64,000 bases of DNA. Origin: Callorhinchus milii (lineage: Eukaryota). The stretch covers positions 66,342,001 to 66,406,000 of the forward strand of contig NW_024704742.1 of the NCBI RefSeq assembly GCF_018977255.1. The letters are read 5' to 3'. The notes beneath the pieces were generated by a model. It did not search any database and was not told the origin of the DNA. It worked only from the letters and a program-made list of their open reading frames with translations. The translations under genes were made by a program, and so were the position numbers. Positions 51,405-64,000 of the stretch are shown here, piece by piece. Numbering within the stretch: the stretch's first letter is position 1; each line of letters begins with the position of its first letter.

Positions 51405-51758
51405 AGTTTCTATAGCTCAGTGGTTAGAGCATTTGCCTCGCAAATAAGAGGACCTGGGTTTGACTCCGAGCAGGGTGAAACGTTAGGTAAGTTTCTTTAC
51501 TCCACACGCCTCTGTTTATCTAGCAGTAAGTATGAATCCAGTTGTTAATCGATTGGTGGATTGTTTTTCTGGGGAAAATAATCCCTTAAAAAAATTATTT
51601 GGTCACTTAATACATGACTGTTTGTGGGACACTGTTTTGTGCAATTGGCTACTGCGTTTTGCCCCCAACATACCCAGTCAATTCACTTTACTGTATTTTC
51701 TGTGAAGTACTTTGAGACATGCTAAGGCGTGATATCAAATGCAAGGATTATTATTATT
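51405..51758 (+). mobile_element. tRNA-derived SINE (long variant)
   Basis: tagctcagtggttagagc head, long-variant body and tail. Confidence 0.9.
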
Positions 51759-52134
51759 GTCTTCATTTTATTTCTTCTGACACCTGAAGCAACCATTACC
51801 ATGCTTAAGAGTATCCAAAATGAAGCTACTGAGAGATCCATCGTTGCATGGAAATTTCCCTATGTCTGGAAAGTACTGTCCCCCTGCAGAGATGCATCTT
51901 ACTTTACCTAAATCCGGATGAGATTACATACAGGCTGGAGAGAACCAAGGATTGGAGATGTGCTTTGGGTTAACTCTTGGAGTCTAACCAGCAAAAAACG
52001 CATAGCCAAAAAGCTCAAAAGCCATTGAGAACATTGCCTGGCAAGCTTCCTGCTGCTTGACCAGCTAAGACCACCCTACTACATGTGAGGGCTTTGACTC
52101 CCTGAGTTAACATGAGTGGGAAGGAATCTTAAGA

Positions 52135-52300
52135 TTGCAGATCGCTCAGAATTGTGGAAAATTCTTACATTCAGTGTTAATTCAGAAGCGTTAATTAGTT
52201 TTCCGCAGTTTTAAAAAAGGAACTGGCTTCCAAATTAAGACAAAATTTAAGAATGACAACAGGATTTAAGATGGCAATTCTGTGCCATCTTAAATTTGAA
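52135..52300. repeat. Unclassified dispersed repeat (second copy ~55305-55450)
   Basis: Shared attgtggaaaattctt.cat.tcag..ttaatt..gaagc....ttt.c.gcagt and aatt.ag.c..aattta.ga. Confidence 0.55.
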
Positions 52301-53674
52301 CAACTTTATAGGCTAATACGAGGTGGAATTTCAGGCCTCAGATCGTCAATGTCCTGGCCAACAATCCCTCAAATAAAGTTGGTCACATGCTCCATAGCTG
52401 TTTGTGGGGCATTGCAAATTGGCTGCCACTTCCGCCTACACAAACAGGATACATTGTAAAATGATGTGATTGCATGTATTTTATGGGTGAATGTGGCAGC
52501 GAATTTGTGCACAGCAATGTCCCACAAACAGCCATGCAGAGAGTGACCAATTTTAATAACTTATTAAGAGAGACAACTTTAAAAGTCTTTGCCTAGTGGA
52601 GCAGCCTATTTTCATTAGAGTGTTCATAGTGTGCATGCCACTCATTAACACTAACTATTACCCTGCAATAATACAGAATGTTTTTTGGGGGGCTGGGTGA
52701 CGTGGATTTTAATATCCCTTGAATGAAAGGGGATATTAGAATCCACATCACAGGATTGAGCCAGGCCCCAGGGATCTGTCTATTACTCATCCAGCTTCAA
52801 AAGAACTGCACTGCTTATTGACTGCATTGATTTCAGGACTGAGCAACCGGTCTTGAAAACAAATTTGTTACAGCTTTTGTGAATCTCTCTCTCTCTCACA
52901 CACTCTTTCTCTCTCCCTCTCTCTCTTTCTGTCTCTTTCCTTCAATTTTGGATTTGTAGCAACATGTTAAATGTGACCATACTTGAGTGTTTCAGGGTTT
53001 TTTGGGGGCAGGTGTCTGACACGTGGAAACCAATTACCATGCTTAAGAGTATCCAAACCAAACTGAGAATTACATGCAGGCCACCTAGTCATAGAATGGC
53101 ATACGCACACTCTCACCAGAGGGCATATCCAGCCAATCTATTTCCAAAGTGTTTTAGATGCAGGTCACCCCCATTGTATTGAGTTGGGGCTGTGCTTACT
53201 AGGTACTCGCAGGAAAAGGGTGCCACACATGAATGGTAGAAATGTGTTTCTTCAAGCTTTAATTAACGAGCAGTATCAACTATGATCAATGTGCTAACTA
53301 GGCATTTCTGAAAATCTCCAACTGAACTGGCAAGAAAAAAAATTCTTCCAGTGAGGAGTTTCTGCTGCTTTAGGAAATAAAAAACAACAAACCCACTTTC
53401 ACTTTGCTTAAGAATGTACAGACAGTGTGGAGACTGCAAGAAAATGCCTACACAAAATTCCTGACTGTCCTCCCGATGTGAAACGTGATATTCAAATGTA
53501 ATTTGTTGATGTTGTTCACTATAAAGGGTGCAGTGATGAGTTTGCTGCTGTTACAGATCAATACGATGTAATGATCACCACATTATATAGAGTTGAATGG
53601 AATGATGCCGCATGGAAACTGTCTGTTCAACCCAACCAGTCTTTAACAAAAATATCAATAATCCTCATATTTAT

Positions 53675-53990
53675 CATAATAACCCTTGTATTTAGTATCG
53701 TGCTTTATCACGTTATTATCAAATATATCAATTGCAAGTCTCAAAGGGCTTCCCAGAATATATTGTGAAATGGAGTGACATTATAATATTGTGTATTTTG
53801 TGGGAGAAACACAGCATCCAATTGCACACAATGGTGTCCCTCAAACAGTCATGGATTGAGTGAACAATTGTTTTTAGGGATTATTACTCCCAGCAAGCGA
53901 TTTGTCAATTGACTAACAACCGGAGGTGTGTGGAGTAAGTAAACTTGCCTAAGGTTTTGCTCTGGCTTGCGAGGCGAATGCACTAACCAA
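53675..53990 (-). mobile_element. Decayed SINE (long variant)
   Basis: gtgtgtggagtaagtaaacttgcctaagg segment and SINE tail. Confidence 0.85.
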
Positions 53991-54094
53991 CAACTACAAC
54001 AATTTGGATTTATATAGTGCCCTCCACTCTGGACGGCATCTCAGAGCGCATCTCAGAACCACTACTCTATGAGACTGATATAGAGCCTGTCAAG

Positions 54095-54475
54095 AGTACA
54101 TCTCAAAGCGCTTCCCAGGGTACACTGTAAAGTGGAGTGACTGTATTTTGTGGGCAAATGTGACAGCCAGTTTGCACACCGCAATGTCCCACAACAGCAA
54201 ATGCCCAATTTTACTGGGGGTTGGGGGGGGAGGGCTTATAGGCCAGGACCCTGGAATAAACCCCCTGCTCTTTTCAAATTGCACTATGAGATCTTTAACG
54301 TCCACCTGAACAGGCAGAAGGACGCTCAGTTTAATGTCTCATCTGAAGGACGGCACCTTTGACAATACAGTGCGCCATCAGCACTGCACTGGATTGTTAG
54401 CCGAGACAGTGTGATTCTAAGTCCTGACACAGGCCTTCAATTGACAACCTTTTGAATCAGTGGCAAAAGCCAGGC
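54095..54475 (-). mobile_element. DeuSINE-type element
   Basis: gagatctttaacgtccacctgaacaggcaga..gtttaatgtctcatctgaaggacggcacc. Confidence 0.82.
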
Positions 54476-54479
54476 TGCC

Positions 54480-54920
54480 TCCGTACCCCGATCACACCAG
54501 TCTTTGCCAGGCTCCATTGGCTCCAAATTACCGAACGGATCGATTTCAAGATCCTCTCACTCATTTTCAAATCCATTCACGCCCTTGCACCTCCCTAACT
54601 ATCTGATTTGCTTACTCCACCACCTGCTGCCTCTGCTCGGCTGGCTACTGCCTCCTGTTTGACCCTTGTCCCCTCCGCTCCACCGTCAGTGGCTGTGTCT
54701 TCAACCACTACACCCTGAAACTCTAGAACTCTCTCCATCAGTCTCTCCACCTTGTCCCTCCCCTCCCTCTCCACTTTCAAATCCCATCTAAAGACCTTCC
54801 TTTTTGATGGTGCTTATGCTTACCTCCCCACTCCCTTTCCCTCTGGCTTGGGGTCAGACTCCACCACTGTCAAGTGCTCCGAGATGCTATCCCACGTGAA
54901 GGGCGCAATATAAATGCAAG
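54480..54920 (+). mobile_element. L2 3' fragment
   Basis: ITPVFARLHWL..ERIDFKIL codons and L2 tail gtgaagggcgcaatataaatgcaag. Confidence 0.85.
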
Positions 54921-55629
54921 CAGATACCAGGGATTGCATTTGTGCTGATGTTTGGTGGTCTTGCACCAGTTACTGTACACAGTGTAAACGTGGCCACCAC
55001 CAAAGCCTGGAACACGATAGAATCCTGTTGTGAATCATTTTGGCTGCAGCCACAGATCTGTCTATGATCAATGCAGATTTTACAGCTTGATTCCATCCCA
55101 CACTAACACCCACCAGGTGCCTCAGTTTCCGTCCCTACCTCCAGGGATTTGGTAACACGGTTCTTGTCTGTAACCTTTGCAATCTCTCGCTTTAACACCA
55201 TGCTTGACTGCTGCGCTCTTTAGATTAAAGAAACGACTACCTCCGCACCCCGGGGAGCAGAGACCTCCAAACATCCTCATGGTCTCAGCCTTAAATCAAT
55301 TGTCTTAAAAGCTAAGGTCGTGCAGGATTGTGGAAAATTCTTCCATTTCAGCTTTAATTTGGAAGCATATTTTCTGCAGTGCTCAAAGAGTACAGATGTC
55401 CGAATTGAGGCTTAATTTAGGAAATCCTATATGATTTGAAGGCAGTGGTCTTTAAGGCTGAGAACATGAGATGATTTCATGTCTCTGTTGGGGAATGGTT
55501 GAGCTCAAGCCTCCTCTTTGAAAGGGTTTGAAATCAACTGCTCGTGAAAAAGGCTGAAGACTTACTGCAGTGGAGTGTTTGTGCTGTAAACCCCTCTCCC
55601 CCAGTGAAGAATCAGACAGTGTACAATTA

Positions 55630-56090
55630 ATATAATGATGATCTTTGTATTTGATATAGTGCCTTATCACATCATCACAATGTCTCAAAGTGCTTCACAA
55701 GATACACTGTAAAATGTATTTTTAGGTGAACCTAGCAGCCAATTTCCACACAGCAGTGTCCCACAAAGAGCTTGAAATGAATGAGCGATTTTATTTATCA
55801 TAATAATCCTTGCATTCGATATAGCGCCTTATCACGTCTTCAAGATGTCTCAAAGTGCTTCACAGGATATACTATAAAGTGAAATGACTGTATATTTTGT
55901 GGACGAAATGCGCACAGCAGTGTCCCACAAACAGTTGTGGATTGGGTGACCAATTTATTATTTTTATTTATTTTTTAATTTAGGTGATAGTTGGCCAGGA
56001 CACTGGGACATACGCCCTTTTTGAAATAGCGACAAAGAATCTTTAAAGTCCATCTGAACAGGCAGACAGGACCTCAGTTTAATGTCAGTT
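55630..56090 (-). mobile_element. Cluster of stacked SINE tails and a DeuSINE core
   Basis: Two tandem SINE 3' tails followed by gtccatctgaacaggcagacaggacctcagtttaatgtc. Confidence 0.75.
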
Positions 56091-57201
56091 GGACCACCCT
56101 GATTTATTCCATAAATCAGGAAATATTTAAAGAAAAAACTGGAAACCCACCATTGATTGAACACGGACTTACCTCGACTATTGCAAACGTTCGGGTGACC
56201 ACATCTTAACGACCCTGGTGCCCAACAATTCCTGAAATAAAATGAGTCATTCACTCCATGACTGTTTGTAGGACATTGCGATGCACAAAATGGCTTCCAC
56301 ATTTGCCTATGAAACACAGTCACAGGACTTTACGGTAAATCCTGTGAAGTGCTTTGAGACAACTGCAACAACAACTTGCATTTATATAGCGAATTTCACG
56401 AGGGACAATGTCTCAGAGACATTTCAACCACACGTTAAGGCACTCATTGTGTTAAGGGTCCGGGACGGGATTATAACCCAATGAATCTAATCCTTTTTTT
56501 AAAACTTTGTAAAATTGAAAATCTTCTGTTGCTCTTTCTTCTTCCGTTCCGCTGCTCAGCGGCCATTTTTGGAGGCAAAGATTGCCATTTTGTTTGCAAA
56601 TGTTTATTCAACAACAACTTGCATTTATATTATCTCTTTCAATTAGAATAGGGTCTCGGAACGCTACACAGTCGCAGGTTAGATGCCAAGTGTGGGAGAA
56701 GTGGGAGCGACATTGGTGCAGTCGATGGGGTTCACTTGGTTGAATGCAGTCTTCAGCAGGTGGTTTGGCAGCCAATGGAAACCCCTTGGCTCTCAGGGTT
56801 AACATGGATACATCGCAAGATGTCAAGCTTTGGTGTAACAATTGTGTCAAAAATTAGCTGGTGGCTGCACTGGATAACTGAGAGGACTTGGGTGAGCAAG
56901 TTCACCCTTGGTGTTCAAGGTGATGTATATCAAACGGCTATTTGACTTAGACTGTGATAGCGGAACTAGAGGGCACTGGTTTAAAATAACTCTTAAAGAA
57001 ACAAGAGGGACTAGAAATTAAAGTAGAATGGTGGTTAAAGGGATACAGGTTACCCGCAGTACAGTTTGTGAAGATGGGGTGTGATTAAATGGCAGCGCAC
57101 CTGAAGTTACCCAGTTATGTTGGTTGTGCCTGAGGTTATCAGGTACATGATCTTTACTCAGCCGAAGTTTGAGGAGAAGAAATCTGATCTCAGTACAAGT
57201 A

Positions 57202-58275
57202 CAACAATAACAACAACTTGCATTTATATAACAGCCCTCACACGGGGTAGTGTCCCAGAGCGCTTCACAGTGGCAAAGCACGACGCCGAGCCGGGGGGAG
57301 GGGGAGGACTGTAGGCACAGTCGAAGAGGAAGTTCTTCAGGTGTGACCTGAAGACGGGGAAGGAAAGGGCAAAGCAGAGGGATAGAGGAAGAATGTTTCA
57401 GAGTTTCAGGGCATAGTAGCTGAAAGCGCAGCCACCAATGGTGAAACGGAGGGCAAGAGGGACATGTAGGAAGCCAGAGCCAGTCAAGCAGAGGCAGCGG
57501 ATTATGGTTTGGGAGTAAGCAGGGTTAGGGTTAGGGAGAGATAGGGAGGTGCCAGGGAGTGAAGGGATTTGAAAACGAGTGTGAGGATCTTGAAATCGAT
57601 CTGTTCGGCGACAGTGAGCCAGTAGAGTCTGGCTAGAACTGGTATGATGGGGGTTCGGAGTTTAGTATGGGGGAGTATGTAGGTGGCCAAGTTTTGAATT
57701 AGTTGGATCTTGTGGATCTTGTGGATGGTGGAGCTGGGAAGACCGGCGAGGAAGGCATTTGAAAAGCCGAGTCGTGAGGTAACGAATGCATAACGAACAT
57801 TTCGGCTGCATTTGGGTTAAGGTACAGTCGGAGGTGGACAATGTGGTGGAAGTGGAAGAAGGCGGTCCTGGTCAGGGTCCCAGTTGTAGGGAAGGAAGAA
57901 CAGCTGTGGGTCGAACCTGTCACCTAGGATGCACACCGGTTTGGTGAGATTGAGGGATAGGCCTGGGAGGTTGAGGAGGCCAGAGGATAGAAGATGTTGA
58001 TGGGAGCCAATGAGTATGGCTTCCATCTTGTCAACATTTAATTGTAGGTTTCTCTCAATCAGGTCCTTATGTCCGCCAGACAACCAGAGAGAACATTGGT
58101 GGACCTGAAATCGCAGCTGGAGGAGGAGAAATAGATTTGTGTGTCATTCACATACATGTGGAAGTTTACCACATGGTAAACATGTGGTTTACATGTGGAA
58201 GTGTATGGATGACATCGCCAAGAGGGAGCATATAGATGAGGAAGAAGAGAGGGCCGAGGTGGAGCCCTGGGGCAC
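57202..58275 (-). mobile_element. Decayed L2 LINE RT / 3' region
   Basis: HMYVNDTQIYFS, LQLNVDKMEAILIGS and PVLARLYWL..EQIDFKIL; (TTG)-type tail. Confidence 0.92.
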
Positions 58276-58559
58276 ATTCTTGAATTTGCCTATAAAATAC
58301 ACAGTCTGTACACTTTAGAATATATCCTGTGTAGCTCTTTGAGATGTCCTCCTGACACTCTATGCTGATGATTTATTTCATAATTTTTTTTCCAATAATT
58401 TATCACAACAAAATTACAAGTTCTCATTTAAAGTAAGGGGGTGTGATAACCAGAAGAGGAAGAACATTTGGTTACTAATTTTAGTGTTATCTTAATATTA
58501 TCACATTTCCTGTTTCCAGTGGATGTCATAATAGTCCAAATGTTGAAAATAAATTGCAA

Positions 58560-60698
58560 GAATACAGTGTAAATGAAAGTGAAATGGCAGCAATGGCAGA
58601 CGTTTAAAATTCCCAGCGAGCACGTATTCCTTTGAGGGATAAGAATGCCACGGGAAAGGTGGCCCAACCGTGGCTAACTAGAGCAGTTAGGGAAAGTATG
58701 AAGTTAAAGGAAGAAGCCTATAAAACAGCTAAGATGAGTAGTAAATCCGAGGATTGGGAGAACTTTAGGGATCAACAAAGGAGAACCAAAAAAGTAATTA
58801 AGAGGGAGAAAATGGAATATGAGGGCAAACTAGCAAGGAACATAAGGACAGACTGCAAGAGTTTTTATAAATATGTAAAGAGGAAGAGATTGTCAAAGGT
58901 AAATGTGGGTCCATTACAGGCAGAGACGGGGGGGAATTACAGTAGGGGACAAAGACATGGCAGAGTCATTAAACAAATACTTTGCTACTGTCTTCACCTT
59001 AGAAGACACTGAAAACCTACCAAGAATAGAGGGGAACCAAGAAGACAATGTTAGCGAGCAACTTGGGGAAATTAACATTAGTAAAGAAATGGTTTTAGGT
59101 AAATTGTTAAAACTGATAAATCCCCTGGACCTGATGGCCTACATCCTAGGGTTTTAAAAGAGATGGCTACTGAGATAGTGGATGGCTTGTCTTTGATCTT
59201 CCAAAATTCTCTGGATTCTGGAACGGTTCCCATTGATTGGAAGATTGCAAACGTAACACCACTATTTAAGAAGGGTGGGAGAGAAAAGATGGGGAACTAT
59301 AGACCAGTTAGTCTGACATCAGTGGTAGGGAAAATTCTTGAGTCCTTAATTAAAGATGTCGTTATGGGATTCCTGGAAGACCATAACAAGATTAGGCAGA
59401 GTCAACATGGCTTTACAAAAGGGAAGTCATGCTTAACTAATCTTTTAGAGTTTTTTGAAGATGTATCTAGCAGGTTAGATAGGGGGGAACCAGTAGATGT
59501 AGTATATTTAGATTTTAAGAAGGCATTTGACAAAGTGCCACACAAAAGGCTATTGCACAAGGTTAAGGCCCACGGGATTAATGGGAACATATTAGCATGG
59601 ATTGAAGAGTGGCTAACGGGTAGAAAACAGAGAGTAGGGATAAACGGGTCATTCTCGAATTGGCAGGATGTGACTAGTGGAGTGCCACAAGGATCAGTGC
59701 TTGGGCCTCAGCTATTTACAATTTACATCAATGATCTAGACGAGGACATTGAATGTAACGTATCTAAATTCGCGGATGACACTAAACTAGGTGGGAGAGT
59801 AAGCTCTGAGGATGATGCAAAAAGATTGCAACAGGATATAGATAGGCTCGGGGAGTGGGCAAGTAGGTGGCAGATGGAATTTAATGTGGGGAAGTGTGAA
59901 GTTATTCACCTAGGTAGCAAAAATTGAAAAGCAGATTATTTTCTAGAGGGGGAGAGATTAGATAGTGTTAGTGTTCAGAGGGATTTGGGTGTCCTTGTAC
60001 ACCAGTCTCAAAAAGTTAGTTTGCAGGTGCAGCAAGCAACTAAGAAGGCGAACGGCATGTTAGCGTTCATTGCAAAAGGTTTAGAGGACAAGAGTAGGGA
60101 AATCTTGCTGCTTCTGCATAGGGCCTTGGTGAAACCGCACCTAGAGTACTGTGTGCAGTTTTGGTCTCCTTATTTAAAAAAGGATATACTTGCCCTAGAG
60201 GGGGTGCAGCGTAGATTCACTCGGTTAGTTCCTGGAATGAGGGGACTGACCTATAAGGAGAGGCTGAATAAACTAGGGCTGTATTCTCTAGAGTACAGAA
60301 GAATTAGGGGAGATCTTATTGAAACATATATGATTCTTAAAGGGCTGATAAAGTAGACACTGAGGGTCTGTTTCCCCTGGTAGGAGAATCTATAACCAGG
60401 GGTCACAGTCTTAAAGTTAAGGGTCAGCCTTTTAGAACAGAGTTGAGGAAACAATTCTTCACTCAGAGGGTAGTGAATATATGGAATTCACTACCCCAGA
60501 AGGCTGTAGATGCTCAGTCCTTGAACATCTTCAAGGCTGAGACTGATAGATGTTTTAAAAATAGAGGGATTAGGGGATATGGGGATAGGGCAGGTATTTA
60601 GAGTTAGGTCAGAAGATCAGCCATGATCTTATTGAATGGCAGGGCAGGCTCGAGGGGCCGAATGGCCTACTCCTGCTCCTAATTCTTATGTTCTTATG
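58560..60698 (+). mobile_element. CR1 LINE ORF2 (RT), ~2.1 kb, 5'-truncated with a few disruptions
   Basis: NYRPVSLTSVVGK, QHGF.KGKSCLTNL, YLDF.KAFD, GVPQGSVLGP and KFADDTK; (TTCTTATG)2 tail. Confidence 0.97.
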
Positions 60699-62306
60699 AA
60701 ATCTGATTTGAAACCAGTCAGCTCAGGTGCATAACCATGACTGTTCAGCACCCTGGGATGTCATCCCGACGTGATAGGCCCTATATAAATGTTGTTGAAA
60801 TCTGAAGCAAAGGTAATATGTAGCTTTCACAATGCCTACAATATACACAGTCACTACATTTCACAGTAAAATTCTTTGAAGCACTTTGAGATGTCTTCCT
60901 GACATAATAGGTGCTATGTCAAATGCAAGGAATGTTATTATATTAAGTATTGTATTATTAGATCACAACCTGAGATATAACCAGAAATATCAGTTTCCAG
61001 CTCCAGCAGATGGCACCATTGGCCCGGCCCAGCGTTGTAAATGTACCAATTGTATGCTGAAAATTGCTGTATTTTCTAAGAGAAATTATACAATTACACA
61101 AAGGAGGTTTGCAATTCTTATAATAATTTTATAGGTCTCTTCACACTTTGCCAACATTTTGAATGCAATCACAAAGAAGAATCATTAAATATTTACAAGG
61201 TAATAAAGTACTTCTTACTGTATGGTGAACTCTGATACAATCCACATTAATGTTTTAAAAATAACAAACTTTTCCATTATTTTCTACCACAGAGTTGCAC
61301 TGGGGTGTGTTTCTTCCTTTAAAAATCACGCATTCTTAATCCTGTAAATAGATGTTTTGAGGAAACATACAAATTAAGTCCAAATGCAAAGTTACAGAAA
61401 TATCTTGAGGGTTAAACAGTTAAAGAAATATCTTGCAGGTGTTATTCATTAACCTGGCCATGATCATGTTTTTATTGTCAAATACAAATAGAAAAATAAT
61501 CCTTGCATTTGATAAAGCGCCTTGTCATATCGTCAAGACACCTCAAAAGCACTTCACCAGAATTACTGCAAAGTGAAGTGACTGTGTATTTTGTAGGTGA
61601 ACGCAGAAGCCAATTTGTGCACAGCAGTGTCCCACAAACAGCCAATTTGTTATTGCTGTATGACGTGAATACCCAACTTGATGGCGAAGCTCCCTGTTCA
61701 AAATTGGCTTTTGCTGAGTTCACCCCACAACAACAGTCACTGCACCAGACGATTAAATCCAGTGAAGCGCTTTGAGACATGAAAGCTGTTGTATCAAATG
61801 CAAAGGATTATTGTTGATATTAATATTCCATGTTCCACTTAATAAAAGGGGAATAGGGGGGAGGGGGGGGGGTGCAAAAGTTTAAATTTGCTGGCGTTTT
61901 TGATCCACGTTGCTCGATTGCATTGCTTTTGTTTGTTGTCTGTGTTTCAGTGGGAGCTGATGAAGAGCCCAACAGTGCGCACAGGTGGGGATCCGCACAG
62001 ACTCACTTGGCGGCGGCTCCCACGAGGTTCCATTGTTTATAATGTGGGGGGAGGGGGCGGGGCTGGGGCCCGGACTGCTCCACCCGGGGGCAGAGGCAGA
62101 GGGGTGTCAGCCTGGCCGCAAGGCAAACCGGCCCCGCTCAAAAACACACTCTACCCTTTTTTTAAAGTAAAAAAAGGTAAACAAAGTGCACGAATCCGAG
62201 TGTTGTTCGGTGTTTCGTTTTTCGCTGTGGTTTCTCGGCGCGTGAACTCGCGGTCTCCTTACGCCGTTGCACCCCTCGGCTCTGGCTGAATGGTAGTGGC
62301 TGAGGT

Positions 62307-62342
62307 TATAAAAGCGGCTGCGCGGCGCCGCCGGACTCAGTT
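62307..62342 (+). promoter_or_regulatory. TATA box plus Inr core promoter candidate
   Basis: TATAAAAG at 62307-62314 and TCAGTT with the A at 62339 (32 nt spacing); GC box gggggcgggg at ~62053; CpG-rich context. Confidence 0.5.
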
Positions 62343-62434
62343 CTCCTGGAGGTCGGGAGACGGACGGAGGGGATTAGTGTTTGTGGTGGGTGCTGCCGCC
62401 TTGACCTGTGCGTGTGTTAATGTAGTTATCCTAA

Positions 62435-62860
62435 AAGAGAAGGGCTGAAAGGAAGACGAGAAAGAAAGAGAGAGAGAGAGTCAAATTAATATGGGAGAGA
62501 AGTGGGAAGAAGAGAAAAACAAAATAACATGAGAGAGAGAGAAAAAGGGGAAGAAACGAGATGGGGAGAGAAAATAACGTGTGGTGTGCGAGAGAGAAAG
62601 GTGGGAGAAGAGAAACAAAATATAACGAGATAAAAGAGAGAGGGAAACAAGTGGAACAGAGAAACAAAATAATGTGAGAGAGAGAGAGAAAAAAATGGGT
62701 GAAGAGAAAAACGAAATGATATGAGAGAGATAGAGAGAGAAGGGGACAAAAACAATAATCTGAGAAGAGGGGGAGAGAAACGAGAGGAAGAAAATAATAT
62801 GAGAGGGGGAAGAGAAAGAATGATAAGAGAAAAACAAAAATAATACGAGAGAAAGAAATG
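62435..62860. repeat. Degenerate purine-rich minisatellite
   Basis: Repeated units like gaagagaaa(a)caaaataa.atgagagagagagaaaaaggg. Confidence 0.85.
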
Positions 62861-62924
62861 TTGTTATCTTTGTCGACTGACTCACTTTGTGGAGTTTAAT
62901 GGTATCGTTTTGTGTGTCTTTGGC

Positions 62925-62952
62925 TGTGTGTGTGTGTGTGTGGGGGGGGGGG
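62925..62952. repeat. (TG)n plus poly-G
   Basis: Read directly from the sequence. Confidence 0.95.
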
Positions 62953-63019
62953 TGTGAATGAGAGCTGGTGTGAGGCGGGCTGTGCGGTTGGCTGGTGCTG
63001 ATGGTCGGGGAGATGGGGG

Positions 63020-63440
63020 CTGCTGGAGAGAGAGGGAGAGCGGTGTGTGCGGACGGGGCTCATCTCGTACGGCCTGTGGAGGAGCGGAGACGGGCGGAGA
63101 GCCGGAGCGCACGGCCTTGTGGGCGTTGTAGTTCCTTCGCTCCGCGCCTGCGTGGGGTAGAGGAGACGGAGACTACAACTCCCGGCCTGCCCCGCGGGGC
63201 TGGAGCCGGTGCCGGCCGGTGGCCCGGCTCGCTGCACCTGCGCACTGGCTCTTCACGTTTACCTCACTGTGTTGCCGCGACGCAGCCTAACGTGATTATT
63301 TCAGCCGGGAGGACGAGAACGGATAGGGGCGTGATTGACTGCTCCTTCGGCCAATAGGGAGCCCGGGTGCTGCCAGCTGTTGGGCGGAGTGGCCAATGAG
63401 GGGCGCGGAGTGGGGCGGGGTTAGCGGGCCAGTCAGGTTA
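63020..63440. promoter_or_regulatory. CpG-island promoter with ZNF143/THAP11-type motifs, CCAAT and GC boxes
   Basis: GACTACAACTCCCGGCCTGCCCCGCG at 63171-63196; an inverted ACTACA motif at 63121-63134; CCAAT at ~63351 and ~63393; gggcggag and ggggcgggg GC boxes. Confidence 0.85.
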
Positions 63441-63569
63441 TTTGCAGTGTTGCTAGTTACAGTCTGTTAGTTGGGGACTGGAGGCATTGAGGCGCACACA
63501 CGGGCCGTCTCCTTGTCAGTCCAGCGGCTCTGAGACGGATGGGAATTCAGCTGGAAAAGACGGTGGGAA
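63440..63569 (+). other. Probable first exon of an unidentified downstream gene
   Basis: Follows the CCAAT/GC boxes and ends at a GAA|gtaagc donor (GT 63570-63571). Contains an ATG at 63539 (MGIQLEKTVG) of unknown use; the start coordinate is approximate. Confidence 0.5.
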
Positions 63570-64000
63570 GTAAGCGGTGTGAGCTGTTGTGTTTATTTTC
63601 CCCCTTTACAAAAGGATGTGGGGATGGCTGGACAGAGAGAGAAAGGAGGTTGATTGTTATTAAATGTTTCTCCCTCTTTTTCCCTTTCTACCTCTTTTTT
63701 TGTAAATAAATAGTTTCATTGCAAAAATCGATGCAGCAGGAATTGAAATGCAGTTTTAACTTTGCACTTGTCGTTAATGGGCTCATTGAATGGTAGAGTT
63801 CAGCAGTGTGCGCATGCGTGTGTGGGTCGGTGGGGGGGGGTTCAGCTATTTATAAATGACATTTGTTTACGGTGGATTGTATACCCACCGCCGCCTTTTT
63901 TTCCCTTTTAAAAAAAGTTAAATGGAAAAAATATGAATTTTTAACGATGAGTCTGTACTTTGTTATCACAAAGCCTTTTCCTCCTTCCCATAAGCATTAA

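Noticed and set aside
61951..61984. Exon-like segment with a strong acceptor and CAG|gtgggg
   Set aside because: 34 nt, weak donor and no partner exons identified.
62431..63357. ORFs over the purine-rich repeat and CpG island
   Set aside because: Low-complexity or GC-rich stop-codon depletion, with no protein family resemblance.
1..64000. CRISPR arrays, operons or other prokaryote-type systems
   Set aside because: The sequence is spliced vertebrate DNA, and no regularly spaced repeat-spacer array was seen.

Overview
AT-rich vertebrate genomic DNA. The repeat content (CR1 and L2 LINEs, Deu-domain SINEs, a young tRNA-derived SINE with an L2 tail) points to a cartilaginous fish, possibly a holocephalan; this is inference. 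I reconstructed by hand seven phase-compatible coding exons of a CCDC142 orthologue on the + strand (296-34474; the gene's 5' part lies upstream of the window). About 27 kb of repeat-rich intergenic DNA follows, then a CpG-rich promoter region (about 62.0-63.9 kb) of the next, unidentified gene. Most ORFs in the supplied track are repeat-derived or spurious. I found no convincing new protein-coding system. The best leads are: an unidentified ~400-bp stem-loop-rich, A-tailed dispersed repeat (about 9 copies); a LINE/SINE shared 3' hairpin with a compensatory base-pair change; locally templated insertions at rearrangement junctions; recurrent head-to-head SINE fusions; a 134-bp intronic hairpin; and CNE-like intronic blocks. 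Repeat boundaries are approximate and family names are from recall, not database searches.
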